Shown: positions 49,496 through 59,840, counted from the first letter of the stretch. The stretch is 64,000 bases of DNA from Gammaproteobacteria bacterium (GCA_965243395.1 CBDEUS010000002.1:832001-896000), one strand, 5' to 3'. The notes: generated by a model from the letters alone, not told the origin. Numbers and translations: made by a program.

Positions 49496-50884
49496 TTATT
49501 TAATGCTTTGTGTAAATTTTAGCCTTGTTGGAGGAGATAAAGTTCCGGTCTGTTGATCTGTCTGCTGTTTATTTCCAGAAAAATCAGCAGTATATACTTT
49601 AACTTTGTTGCCAATTTGGGTTTGAAATCTTAATTTTCCAGTTTGCTTGTGATAAGTGTCATCGAAAGCAGTCGATTCAGCTTCATTCCCAACGTTGTAT
49701 GCTTTCCATGTTTTCCCATTATCCCAACTGCGACTAAATTTTCCTTTTCCGACGGCAGTAATTACTCCATTTCTGTCGACAGTAAAATTAGCGGGTGATG
49801 CGGCTGGCAGCGATTTTTTGTCACCCCAATTTTTTCCGTTCCAGATTTTAAAATACGTCTTACGCACTCTACGGTCTTCAAAGCTTACAATTGGACGGCC
49901 ACTTGATGTTACTGCTACGTAAGTGCGTGTATCGAATATTCCTTTTGATGCTTGTTCAACAAGGTCGCCGTTCTGAGGAGTTATTGGTAAGGAATTAATG
50001 ACTGCACCATTCGCTTTTCTAAATGTTGCTCCACCATTGTCAGAGTAAGCATAGAATATATGACTGGCTTCTTGACCCGGATTTATAAATACATCCCAGC
50101 TAATATGCATGCGATTATTATTATCAAAGAAAATTTTTGCTCTATAACCTTGATAGCCTGGTAGTTTGTTTGACCAATTTCTAGAACTATCACTCCAAAA
50201 AAATGTTTTAACACCGTGCTTGTAATTAGTTCCTCCAAGCATACTCCAACGTTTTTGATTAGCATTATATTTGGCTATACCTATACCTTGGCTACCATCG
50301 TATCCGTATTTCCCATCTCGATGAGTTCTATGTCTAAAGGTTACATATAATTCATTGTTGTTATCTGTTGTAAACGAGGGATAGGTAATCTTTTCACCAG
50401 GTATAGTTCTATTTGTATCGCCTACAAATGTAAAAGAACTGATGTCTCCTGGTTTGTTTGAAACTTTATATTGCCATCCAACATCACCTATTTTGTAACG
50501 CGATTGATGCATATTATAGGCAACATGAATATATCCAAACTTATCAATGCCCAGTGATGGTAAATTATGGTTCTTACCTTTATGGCTATTATTAAGGATA
50601 ACATTTGTAGTTGTTTTTCCATTTGGTGTTTTTTTCGCAATCATGGTGCGTAAACGATCATCTACCCAGACAAAATACATATTACCTTTATATGTAGTGA
50701 TGGGCGTCTGCCAGTGAGCAGCATCATAAGAAGTAAATTCCATTTCTTGTTTAATGCTAAAAGTATTTTTTGTCGCTGCTATTGATGTTTCATTTACTAA
50801 AAAAGCTAATATTCCAAAAATTATTAAAAGTAGACCATAATAATTTGAGTAAAGCAGAGTTCTGTTAGAGTTATGTTTTTTCAT
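49496..50884 (-). CDS. Exported BNR/Asp-box beta-propeller (BNR_4-like; possible polysaccharide lyase/hydrolase)
   Basis: Signal peptide; HNLPSLGIDKFGYIHVAYNMH; TYPSF; Asp boxes YSDNGGATF and RSWDNGKTW. Confidence 0.78.
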   Translation of the reverse strand: MKKHNSNRTLLYSNYYGLLLIIFGILAFLVNETSIAATKNTFSIKQEMEFTSYDAAHWQTPITTYKGNMYFVWVDDRLRTMIAKKTPNGKTTTNVILNNSHKGKNHNLPSLGIDKFGYIHVAYNMHQSRYKIGDVGWQYKVSNKPGDISSFTFVGDTNRTIPGEKITYPSFTTDNNNELYVTFRHRTHRDGKYGYDGSQGIGIAKYNANQKRWSMLGGTNYKHGVKTFFWSDSSRNWSNKLPGYQGYRAKIFFDNNNRMHISWDVFINPGQEASHIFYAYSDNGGATFRKANGAVINSLPITPQNGDLVEQASKGIFDTRTYVAVTSSGRPIVSFEDRRVRKTYFKIWNGKNWGDKKSLPAASPANFTVDRNGVITAVGKGKFSRSWDNGKTWKAYNVGNEAESTAFDDTYHKQTGKLRFQTQIGNKVKVYTADFSGNKQQTDQQTGTLSPPTRLKFTQSIK

Positions 50885-51198
50885 TTAATTTTTTATCGGT
50901 TCAGTATATTTTGTTATTCAATTTGCTAGTTATTTAAAGATAAAGTCTTTATTTTGTACATTTTCTTAGCAGTTTTTGCATACTTGCGTGACGGAAGTAT
51001 GATTCGATAGAGCCCAACAAATAACATATTTCAGAAGAAATAACATACTTCATAAGTAGCGCTTGATAGCTTGAGTGCAATTTACTGAAATACCACAGAA
51101 GTACATATGTTTATGTGTAATTTGCCGGGAGTTTGTATGATTATTTTTAGAGTTTACCTTAGATAAGCAGTTTAGAGACAAGACCGTTAAGTGATTGA

Positions 51199-52032
51199 TC
51201 AGCTACCACTGGTCGGAAGCTCATACCAAGCTTTGAAGCTTTTGTCAGCGAATTTTTCCAACGCTTTGATATCGTCTAAATAATGTTCAAGAAGCCGTGC
51301 CTTTAGACTCATTGAGGGTTTGGGGCGTTCAATTTTTTTCCCAACTGTTCTGCGTAAAATGCTTATCATTTTCGGGGTAATGATTGAAGATATTCCTGGC
51401 ATATTTAAGATTTTCTCATTCAATAATTTTGATTGCCGTTTAAGTGAGCTTTTATGTCTAACGTTTGTAAAGCTATCGCTATGAAAAGTTTCGTCGACTC
51501 CTAGAAAACTGAAAACTCCGGCTAGTGTATTTGCTCGATCATTTAGCAAATCAGCTGATTCTATAATTAAGATTCGTTCTGAAGGATAAAATTTCAGAAA
51601 TTGATTAAGTTGAAACATGTAGGCACCAGTTGGCACATAATCGTTATTATTGAGGTCTTGAAAAGCCTCTTCCATAGATCGTGATTCTTTGCCTGCTGCA
51701 ACTTGATGCATGTAATGAGAGACAGCTCTATCAACTGGGTCTCTTACTACATAAATTAACGATATATTGGGTAAAACGGAGTGCAACCTTTCTGCAACAC
51801 CTGGGAATAAATGGCATTTCGAATAGTTTGGAGAAGATTCGCCGACTAAACGAAATCCACTCGGGAACTGAGAGGTATACCAATTAATGCCTTTTGCAAA
51901 AGTGAGCTCATCTTTAAAAAAATCAAGTTCTTTGCAATGGGACATTCCAATTTCTGGATGCTTACTTAAGTAGTGATGCAGGCTTGTCGTTCCTGACTTC
52001 ATTGCCCCAATAACGATAAATGAAGGTAGCAT
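51199..52032 (-). CDS. Sulfotransferase
   Basis: PSFIVIGAMKSGTTSLH.YL..HPEI..KELDFF, GESSPNY, VRDPVDRAVSHY. Confidence 0.93.
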   Translation of the reverse strand: MLPSFIVIGAMKSGTTSLHHYLSKHPEIGMSHCKELDFFKDELTFAKGINWYTSQFPSGFRLVGESSPNYSKCHLFPGVAERLHSVLPNISLIYVVRDPVDRAVSHYMHQVAAGKESRSMEEAFQDLNNNDYVPTGAYMFQLNQFLKFYPSERILIIESADLLNDRANTLAGVFSFLGVDETFHSDSFTNVRHKSSLKRQSKLLNEKILNMPGISSIITPKMISILRRTVGKKIERPKPSMSLKARLLEHYLDDIKALEKFADKSFKAWYELPTSGS

Positions 52033-52050
52033 CTATTTTTAATCCTAATT

Positions 52051-53406
52051 TTAGTTTCTCTTAAAGCTTAAGTTTCCAAAAACTGTCGGATGTATGTCCA
52101 GGCGTTTTCTAACAATAAAGACGAGATAAACATTCCATGTCAGCAAACTACAAGTTGTTGCCCATGCGGCGCCCTCTAGTCCCCATTTCGGAATAAACAG
52201 GGCGCATAAAATAACGTTAAGCACCATACCAATTGTTTTGCCTTTGATTGTATCCATTTCATATCCAGAGGTGTTTAATAATAGTCCTACAGGTCCTGTG
52301 GCCGTATTTAAAAGTAAACCTACGCTCAGTATTGTGAGAGCCGTAGCGCCTCGTATAAATTCATCGCCATATAGTAGCTGTAAACACTTTTCACCAAAGA
52401 AAATTAAAACTAGAGCTGCTGGCAATCCACATAACACAACTAATCGACAGGAGAGGGTTATCATTTTTTGCAGGCGTTCCATCTGCCCTTCCGTATATAG
52501 TTTCGCTATAAATGGTAGCAGTGATGTGTTAATAGCTTGCAGAATAAATGTTACAAGTAATGCCAATACTGCAGCACTCTTGTAGATTCCCACATCCTCG
52601 ATTATTCCAAATGTGCCTAACATAAGAATACTTATTTCCGAATTAATTGTTCCCATGCCGCCAATTAGCATGAAGGCAAATGCGCCACGCAACCAGCCAG
52701 ATGTTTCAAAGGATGGACGAAATTCTTTAACTTGCTTAGGTAAAAAACGGGCTAGTAGTATGTAACCAAGTACAAGTTCAACAATGACAGTTATTACTCG
52801 TAATGACATAGCAACGAGAGGGGTGAATTCCGATTTATCGATTAACAAAAAGCTGGCACCGATTAGCAAGATAAAAAGTGCTGGTTGGATAAATTGTTCC
52901 GGGACCTGAGCGGTAACAGGTCGATGAAGTCCTATCAAAGCGCCTCTTCGAATGCCGCTTAGCGCAACGCAAGGTAAAATAATCAACGCAACCAAAAAAG
53001 TAGTTGTTGATAAGTCTCCTGCTTTAACAAAATACAGACTTGCAACGACAGCAATAATAATAATAAGTAACGAGAGCCCCATAACGAGTTGGTTTCCTCG
53101 TAACAACAGTCCTCGCATTGCGCCCCAATTACTAAGGCTTTGATAAATAGCAACGTTGCGTGCAACTAGATTTGGAATCCCTTTGCAAAGTGGAATTGAA
53201 GCTAAGGATATTAAAGATAAGACAAAGGTAAAAAGGCCAAATCCTTGTGCACCTAAAATTTTTGCTAAAGCTACCGTTACGGCAAGTTTTGCTAAAGCTG
53301 AAAATACTTTAAGTATTACTGACCCGCCAACAGCTTTTAAAAAACGTTGTTTGATGTTTGCGAACACTTCGCTTTTTTGTGAAGCATCAGGGCTAAGAGT
53401 TGGCAT
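52051..53406 (-). CDS. wzx: Wzx flippase (PST/MOP family)
   Basis: About 12 TMs; LGAQGFGLF, VGIYKSAA, LFIPKWGLEGAAWAT. Confidence 0.9.
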   Translation of the reverse strand: MPTLSPDASQKSEVFANIKQRFLKAVGGSVILKVFSALAKLAVTVALAKILGAQGFGLFTFVLSLISLASIPLCKGIPNLVARNVAIYQSLSNWGAMRGLLLRGNQLVMGLSLLIIIIAVVASLYFVKAGDLSTTTFLVALIILPCVALSGIRRGALIGLHRPVTAQVPEQFIQPALFILLIGASFLLIDKSEFTPLVAMSLRVITVIVELVLGYILLARFLPKQVKEFRPSFETSGWLRGAFAFMLIGGMGTINSEISILMLGTFGIIEDVGIYKSAAVLALLVTFILQAINTSLLPFIAKLYTEGQMERLQKMITLSCRLVVLCGLPAALVLIFFGEKCLQLLYGDEFIRGATALTILSVGLLLNTATGPVGLLLNTSGYEMDTIKGKTIGMVLNVILCALFIPKWGLEGAAWATTCSLLTWNVYLVFIVRKRLDIHPTVFGNLSFKRN

Positions 53407-53412
53407 GATGTA

Positions 53413-54714
53413 CTATGCCTTAGCGGTTTGTTCAGGTTGTAAGCTTGTAAGCTGTGCTCGATAAACGTATGAAAGATATGAAATCTCTATGATTGATACC
53501 CAAATAATAATCCCCCATGGGCCTGAGAAACCACGATAAAAAATGGAAGAGAATAAACTACAAGCAAATATACAAATAAGTAATGCAACATGTAGGTTTA
53601 CAATATCAGGGATAAGTCGGTGCAACGTAAATAATCTGTACATGTGGGAAATGAGTAACATTACCCATGCTGTAAAGCCGAGATAGCCAGTTTTTAAAAT
53701 GATATCAATAAAACTATTATGTGCTTGTGTAGGCTGCCAGCTGTTGTCATTTATATAGCTTGTGATTCCTTGAACTGATTCATGATTGGTTAGCCAAGCA
53801 ACTCCAAATCCTTTGCCTAGTAAAGGGTTTTTGGCAATTTCACCCCATGTGTAGTGCCATAAATCTGCTCTGCCTGTTAAGCCTGAATCTCGATTAACTA
53901 AACTCGTGAGTGCTTCTAAAATTTCATATGTTGTCGGGATACCGTAAACAATTGCCACAACATAACCCAACAAAATGAGCGTTGCACCGAAAGTAAAAAC
54001 CCATACGACCCTCCAAATTCCTTTAGAAGTTGTAGCAATAATAAAGAACAGTAATACAAGCGCCATGACGGCAATCGAAGTTGCGTTATCAGTAAAATAA
54101 AGAGTGATGAATGATATAGCTGCAACAGCCAATCTAAATGTCATGGGGTACGTGCCATCTTGTTTGACTACAAATGCCCAGCACACAACACATAATAAAG
54201 TTAGGCGGCCTAGTTGATTTTTGCTATTCATTACGCCTATCCATCTTTCGCCTTGTCCGAAATAAGAAATAACTCCTATTTCGGGTACAACCAAGCAAAC
54301 AAAAAAAGATAGAAGAAGCAAGACCGTTGCCCCAATCCGCAAATTAGTGCTTAACCAGCTTGATGAGTAACCACGTGCAAGCATTGCGACAGCAACTAGT
54401 GGCAACATTACTTCCGCAAAGGCGCGTTTTGAAGCAATGACAGGCTCGGAAGCCCATGAGACTGATGCAATTGTTATAACAATTAAAATCCAAGCCCAAG
54501 GGTCCACAGTTCGGAGTGTGGATAAGAAAGAATTTCGATAACGTAGAAAAATAATCCCTACGAAGATTACCAACAAGCCTGCGAGTATAGGTTTGTTATT
54601 GAGCGATGCTAGTAAAGGAACAACTGGAATAGCTAATACAAATACTAAAAGCCATCTAAGAAGTCTAATTGGCTCAAGAAAGCTAACGGATTTAGGCTGT
54701 TCGATATGGTTCAT
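53413..54714 (-). CDS. wzy: Wzy polymerase / O-antigen-ligase family (ExoQ-like)
   Basis: Multi-TM; WIGVMNSKNQLG, RDSGLTGRADLW..PLLGKGF, QAHNSFI. Confidence 0.8.
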   Translation of the reverse strand: MNHIEQPKSVSFLEPIRLLRWLLVFVLAIPVVPLLASLNNKPILAGLLVIFVGIIFLRYRNSFLSTLRTVDPWAWILIVITIASVSWASEPVIASKRAFAEVMLPLVAVAMLARGYSSSWLSTNLRIGATVLLLLSFFVCLVVPEIGVISYFGQGERWIGVMNSKNQLGRLTLLCVVCWAFVVKQDGTYPMTFRLAVAAISFITLYFTDNATSIAVMALVLLFFIIATTSKGIWRVVWVFTFGATLILLGYVVAIVYGIPTTYEILEALTSLVNRDSGLTGRADLWHYTWGEIAKNPLLGKGFGVAWLTNHESVQGITSYINDNSWQPTQAHNSFIDIILKTGYLGFTAWVMLLISHMYRLFTLHRLIPDIVNLHVALLICIFACSLFSSIFYRGFSGPWGIIIWVSIIEISYLSYVYRAQLTSLQPEQTAKA

Positions 54715-55615
54715 ATCGATACTCTGTCAAAGCCATTAAGAAACCCAATCCATTTGCACCTTTTTTTAAAAATTGGATAGAGCGGTGAATGCCAAAGGGC
54801 AGCATCACGGGCGCAATTACAATTGCTAAACCAAAACCAATAAAGGCTCGAATTGTTAATTCAAAATAAGCCCGCTTTCTATTTAAATCTATCATTCGGT
54901 CTGCGTAGATTTGCCCGTTTCTAACATAACGTTTCAATAGCCATTTAAGGTTGGCTCTTTCTTTAGGGATTTCTTCGTGAACAATTGCTTTTTCTGACCA
55001 CACAAATTTCGATCCGTGGTCTAGCATATCAGCAAATAAATGGTAGTCTGAGCCTCCTGTTAAACCAAGTCTTGGGTCAAACAAGGTCTTGCGTTTTTTT
55101 AAATCAACCGCCCGCATTAATGTATTACTGGTACGTGTGCCACCTGCTGAAACATTATCTCCTGTGCGTTGTGCAGATTTCTTTTCAAAAAAGCGTCCTT
55201 TTTTTATCCATAACGGAGTTCCATTTGGCAAAATCGGAAATACTGGTCCAAAGACGCCATCCGCATCAAACTTTTCTGCAGTTGCTACGAGTTCACTTAG
55301 CCATTCTGCTTCTGGAATTTCATCGTCATCAATAAAAGCTATCCATTCACCCTTGGCATTAGCTACTGAGCGATTTCGTGCTAATGCAATATTTTGCTCT
55401 GGTTCAATATGATAATGAATTTGCAAATTTTTTGACTGAATTGAAAATTTATCTACGGCTTCTCTAGCTGATCCGGCTGAGTCATTATCAACAATTATTA
55501 CTTCAATCTCACCAGGAAGATTTTTTTGGCATGCTATTCCGCTCAATACATCAATTAATCCTTGGGGTCGTTTATACGTGCACAAACACACGCTAATTTT
55601 TATTTCTGATGTCAT
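54692..55615 (-). CDS. Glycosyltransferase family 2 (ExoM-like)
   Basis: CTYKRP, IVDND, EPEQNIALARN, AFIDDDE, GGSD. Confidence 0.92.
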   Translation of the reverse strand: MTSEIKISVCLCTYKRPQGLIDVLSGIACQKNLPGEIEVIIVDNDSAGSAREAVDKFSIQSKNLQIHYHIEPEQNIALARNRSVANAKGEWIAFIDDDEIPEAEWLSELVATAEKFDADGVFGPVFPILPNGTPLWIKKGRFFEKKSAQRTGDNVSAGGTRTSNTLMRAVDLKKRKTLFDPRLGLTGGSDYHLFADMLDHGSKFVWSEKAIVHEEIPKERANLKWLLKRYVRNGQIYADRMIDLNRKRAYFELTIRAFIGFGLAIVIAPVMLPFGIHRSIQFLKKGANGLGFLMALTEYRYEPYRTA

Positions 55616-56469
55616 GGATTTTACAATAGGAATAGTTTTGCTTTCTGTTTATGCAATTTCATCTAATTGTGCCAAAAACAAACGATTTTGGTTGAATTCT
55701 TTATTATAAGTGGCGATTTCCTAACGCAGTTATTAAAAGCTCAATAGCTTCTAAATAACTACCATTTAATTTTAGAAAGTCATGGTTTTAGTATCTGAAC
55801 AAAATTTTTGTTCGATAAATTGTTCAATTTGTCTTTATATATAAGGCTCTTTATAGCATGGCAGTGTTTGGTAATTGGTGAACTAGATCTAGTAGCTGGA
55901 GTAATGTTGTGTATATCTATTACTTGATTGATTTGAAGGCAATAATTATTTAGATGCTCTGTTCGTAGATGTGATTAATTATTCTGATCAAGAAATTAAG
56001 CGTCTTATATTCCAAATATTCAATTACTTAGCACGGGATCATGACGTGGAAACCTACTAATCGCTTATTGAACTCATAAACTGTCTTCGGTGAGACAAAA
56101 CACCGACTTATCACAAATAGACATTTTCAAAGAGTATCGGATTCTCTTAACTTGTAATACCATCGTAATGCGTGTGTAATACATAAGCAGGATAGCTCAA
56201 TATTTGACTATCCCGAGGATATGGCTGAAGGGAACATCAAGTTACCGGCTCGGAGAGGCGGATATGCATGTTTGTACATCATTCATTTCCAGTGCTTTTT
56301 AGTAAAGAAGTTTGTTGTTGAATTGACTCTGGTGATTCAAGAAGAGATATCACAATTAGTAGAGTTCTAAATAGTAAAAATGTGATTTCAATCATGTATT
56401 CGTGGTTTTTCTCGAATTAATATACCGAGACAAAAAGTATAAATTTAAAGATAAACGGCTCAATAAAAA

Positions 56470-57900
56470 ATGGATTCGTCTACGAGAGAAAATCTGCTCA
56501 AAAGCTTTGATTTGATTGTAATTGGTGTTGTGTTTGTAATTTCAGCACTAGCCTCTCAACCTGAGGCCATTATTAACTCGTTAGATGAGTTTTTTGCCAT
56601 GCGCCTGAAGATAGAGAATTTTGCTATTTTTGGTGGTCTTCTTATTTCTTGGCACATAATTTTTTCTTTATTTGGTCTCTACACATCCAAGCGAATTGGC
56701 ACTAAGTTAAGTGAAGAATGCTTTGATGTGCTAAAAGCTATTTCAGTTGGCACCCTAATTATCATGGGTATCGCTTTTATGTTTCAGATCCAAATTGTAA
56801 ATCCAGCATTTTTAACATTATTCTGGATTGCTGCTTCGGCATCGATGATTATTAGCCGAATTGCTTTGATGTATATACAGAAATTGATTCGACTTTCTGG
56901 CCGCAATCTAAAGTATGCAGTCATGGTAGGTACCAACCAAAGAGCAATTGAAATTGCACGCAAAATAGAATCGCGTGAAGATCTAGGATACCGATTTGTT
57001 GGTTTTGTCGATGACCACTGGCACTTGGCTGATATGCCTGGTGGAAATGATTCCATTGTTTCTAATTTAGGTGATTTCAATAATTATTTAAAAGACCATG
57101 TGGTTGATGAAGTATTTATTTGTGCTCCTGTTAAATCTTTTTATGAAAAAGTTTCTCGCATCATTTCTCAGTGTGAAGAGCAAGGGATTACAGTGCGATT
57201 AATGTACGATCTATACACACCGTCACTCAGCAAAGTATATGTTGATGGTTTGGCAGAGCATCAGGTAATGACGATGACGGTTACCAAGAAAAGAACTTAT
57301 AGTTTATTTATTAAATGGTTAATCGATGTAAGTGCTGCTAGTACAATTCTTATTGTATTTGCACCGTTTTTGCTTACAGCTGCAGTGTTTATAAAGGCTA
57401 CCTCGCCTGGTCCAATTTTATTTGTTCAAGAAAGAGTTGGGCGTAATAAGCGTAAATTCAAAATGTATAAATTTAGAACTATGGTTGTGGATGCAGAATC
57501 TAAACATGGAGATTTGGAGCATTTAAACGAAGCCAGCGGCCCTGTATTTAAGATTCAAGATGATCCACGGATAACATCTGTCGGTAGGTTTCTACGCAAT
57601 ACCAGTTTCGATGAATTGCCACAGCTTTTTAATGTGCTAAAAGGTGATATGAGCTTGGTGGGTCCGCGTCCATTGCCTGTTAGAGATTATGAGGGATTTA
57701 ATCATCATTATCATTGTCGCCGTTTAAGTGTTCAGCCAGGACTTACAGGTTTATGGCAAGTAAACGGCAGAAGCTCGATTAGTTTTGATAAGTGGATGGA
57801 GCTGGATCTTGAATACATTGATAAATGGTCGTTGTGGCTAGATATCAAAATCTTGTTTAAGACCATTCCAGCCGTGTTGAAGGGTGACGGAGCTTCGTAG
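56470..57900 (+). CDS. Priming polyprenyl-phosphate hexose-1-phosphate transferase (WcaJ/CpsE-like)
   Basis: N-terminal TMs; [50 protein letters not shown]. Confidence 0.95.
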   Translation: MDSSTRENLLKSFDLIVIGVVFVISALASQPEAIINSLDEFFAMRLKIENFAIFGGLLISWHIIFSLFGLYTSKRIGTKLSEECFDVLKAISVGTLIIMGIAFMFQIQIVNPAFLTLFWIAASASMIISRIALMYIQKLIRLSGRNLKYAVMVGTNQRAIEIARKIESREDLGYRFVGFVDDHWHLADMPGGNDSIVSNLGDFNNYLKDHVVDEVFICAPVKSFYEKVSRIISQCEEQGITVRLMYDLYTPSLSKVYVDGLAEHQVMTMTVTKKRTYSLFIKWLIDVSAASTILIVFAPFLLTAAVFIKATSPGPILFVQERVGRNKRKFKMYKFRTMVVDAESKHGDLEHLNEASGPVFKIQDDPRITSVGRFLRNTSFDELPQLFNVLKGDMSLVGPRPLPVRDYEGFNHHYHCRRLSVQPGLTGLWQVNGRSSISFDKWMELDLEYIDKWSLWLDIKILFKTIPAVLKGDGAS

Positions 57901-57973
57901 AAAAATTTTTAATTTTGAGTTTTTATTACTAATTTGAAGATAAGGATATCAATTTATAACAGGAGTAACTAAC

Positions 57974-58963
57974 GTGAGAGATTTAGTCAAAAAACGTATT
58001 TTAGTAACAGGCGGAGCAGGCTTTGTTGGCTCACATTTGTGTGAGCAGTTATTAGATGAAGGTCATGACGTTCTGTGTTTGGACAATTTCTTTACAGGTA
58101 CTAAACAAAATGTATCTCATTTGCTCGACAATCCTAATTTTGAGCTGATGCGTCATGACATTACATTTCCATTGTATGTAGAAGTCGACGAAATCTACAA
58201 TATGGCATGTCCCGCTTCACCTATTCATTATCAGTATGATCCTGTGCAGACTACCAAGACGAGTGTACATGGTGCGATAAATATGTTGGGTTTAGCGAAA
58301 AGGGTTCGCGCAACAATATTTCAAGCATCAACGAGTGAAGTCTATGGTGATCCTGAAGTGCATCCACAGCAAGAAAGTTATTGGGGTCATGTGAACCCAA
58401 TAGGTGTTCGATCTTGCTATGACGAAGGTAAACGCTGTGCAGAAACTTTATTCTTTGACTATCATAGACAACATAAGCTTCGTATTAAGGTAGGACGTAT
58501 CTTTAATACATATGGGCCAAGAATGCATCCAAATGATGGCCGAGTAGTGTCTAACTTTATTGTTCAGGCATTAATGAATAAAGATATAACGATTTATGGC
58601 GATGGGTCTCAAACGCGGTCATTCTGCTTTGTAAGTGATTTAGTCGACGCAATTATAAGGTTAATGGGTACAGATGAAGCTTTTACCGGTCCAGTTAATC
58701 TTGGTAATCCGTCAGAGATGACAATTGCAGAGTTAGCTGAAACGGTTGTTGATCTTACTGGATCAAGTTCTTCAATTGTATATAAAGACTTACCACATGA
58801 TGATCCAACACGTCGTCGCCCCGATATAACTGTGGCTAAAAAAGAGCTTGGCTGGGAGCCAAAAGTGACTTTGTCTGATGGTCTAAAAAAGACAATACCT
58901 TATTTCGAGAGGTTACTCAGCGTACAGCAGCCCCCTCAAATTATTGAGAGTATGAAAGGCTAA
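57974..58963 (+). CDS. uxs: UDP-glucuronate decarboxylase (UDP-xylose synthase)
   Basis: [49 protein letters not shown]. Confidence 0.92.
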   Translation: MRDLVKKRILVTGGAGFVGSHLCEQLLDEGHDVLCLDNFFTGTKQNVSHLLDNPNFELMRHDITFPLYVEVDEIYNMACPASPIHYQYDPVQTTKTSVHGAINMLGLAKRVRATIFQASTSEVYGDPEVHPQQESYWGHVNPIGVRSCYDEGKRCAETLFFDYHRQHKLRIKVGRIFNTYGPRMHPNDGRVVSNFIVQALMNKDITIYGDGSQTRSFCFVSDLVDAIIRLMGTDEAFTGPVNLGNPSEMTIAELAETVVDLTGSSSSIVYKDLPHDDPTRRRPDITVAKKELGWEPKVTLSDGLKKTIPYFERLLSVQQPPQIIESMKG

Positions 58964-59012
58964 AATTTGCTGGCTGGTTTTTGTAGCCTGGTATAATCAG
59001 AAGCATAGAATG

Positions 59013-59040
59013 ACTTGAGGGTATAAATTACCCTCGAGTT
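59013..59040. terminator. Stem-loop after uxs
   Basis: ACTTGAGGGTA taaat TACCCTCGAGT followed by a T-rich stretch. Confidence 0.55.
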
Positions 59041-59132
59041 GTTTTGTGTTAAAAATTCATCTAATTATCGAGTAAATTTTGGTTTAACATTCCATTTTAA
59101 AAATGTCCAAAAGCTCGTAAGTAATTACTTTT

Positions 59133-59651
59133 ATGATTGGTAATCATATTCAGGTCAAGTACTTAGTAGCAGTTGTTTTGGTACTTGCTGTTTTTCGTTT
59201 CGTGCCCCATCCTCCGAACGTTACGCCCATAGCGGCAATGGCGTTATTTTCTGGCGCTGCATTTACTAATCGTTCATTAGCTTATTTCATCCCATTAGCT
59301 GCGATGATAATTAGTGACTTAGTAATAGGGTTTCATAGCACTGTTTGGTATGTGTATGCAGGAGTTGCTCTAACAGTATTTGTGGGCAGCATGATAAAAC
59401 AAATTAAAGTTGTTCGAGTAGGGCTTGCTGCAATTGTGGCTTCGATTATATTTTTTCTAATTACTAATTTTGGCGCCTGGTTGCATCATGACATGTATTC
59501 GCAAAACCTAAGTGGTTTGCTGCAAGCCTATGTTGCTGGTTTGCCTTTTTTGCGTAATTCACTTATCGCAAATCTTATATTTTCTTATCTAGTGTTTTAT
59601 TGTTTTAGTAGTTTTATATCAAGGCGAACGTCACTTAGTTCTACTCAGTAA
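59133..59651 (+). CDS. DUF6580 / BtuM-like solitary S-component transporter
   Basis: RFVPHPPNVTPIAAMALF, SDLVIG, FFLITNF, YVAGLPF; several TM helices. Confidence 0.7.
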   Translation: MIGNHIQVKYLVAVVLVLAVFRFVPHPPNVTPIAAMALFSGAAFTNRSLAYFIPLAAMIISDLVIGFHSTVWYVYAGVALTVFVGSMIKQIKVVRVGLAAIVASIIFFLITNFGAWLHHDMYSQNLSGLLQAYVAGLPFLRNSLIANLIFSYLVFYCFSSFISRRTSLSSTQ

Positions 59652-59708
59652 ATAAATTCTGTTTTTTGTAAACTTCTGCTGATTATTAAAGCAAGATAGT
59701 GTGCAAAA

Positions 59709-59724
59709 TGTGTGCTGATTCACA
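59709..59724. promoter_or_regulatory. CRP-like box (9/10) between convergent genes
   Basis: TGTGT-gctgat-TCACA. Confidence 0.4.
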
Positions 59725-59840
59725 ACTAATTATTGAATGAAGAATAAAATTCTATATATAGACTTTGATTTGCAGAATCTGGTTGCACAAAGATTTTTCT
59801 AACAGGGATTAATTGTTTATCTCCTGGCAAGGACGCCTTG

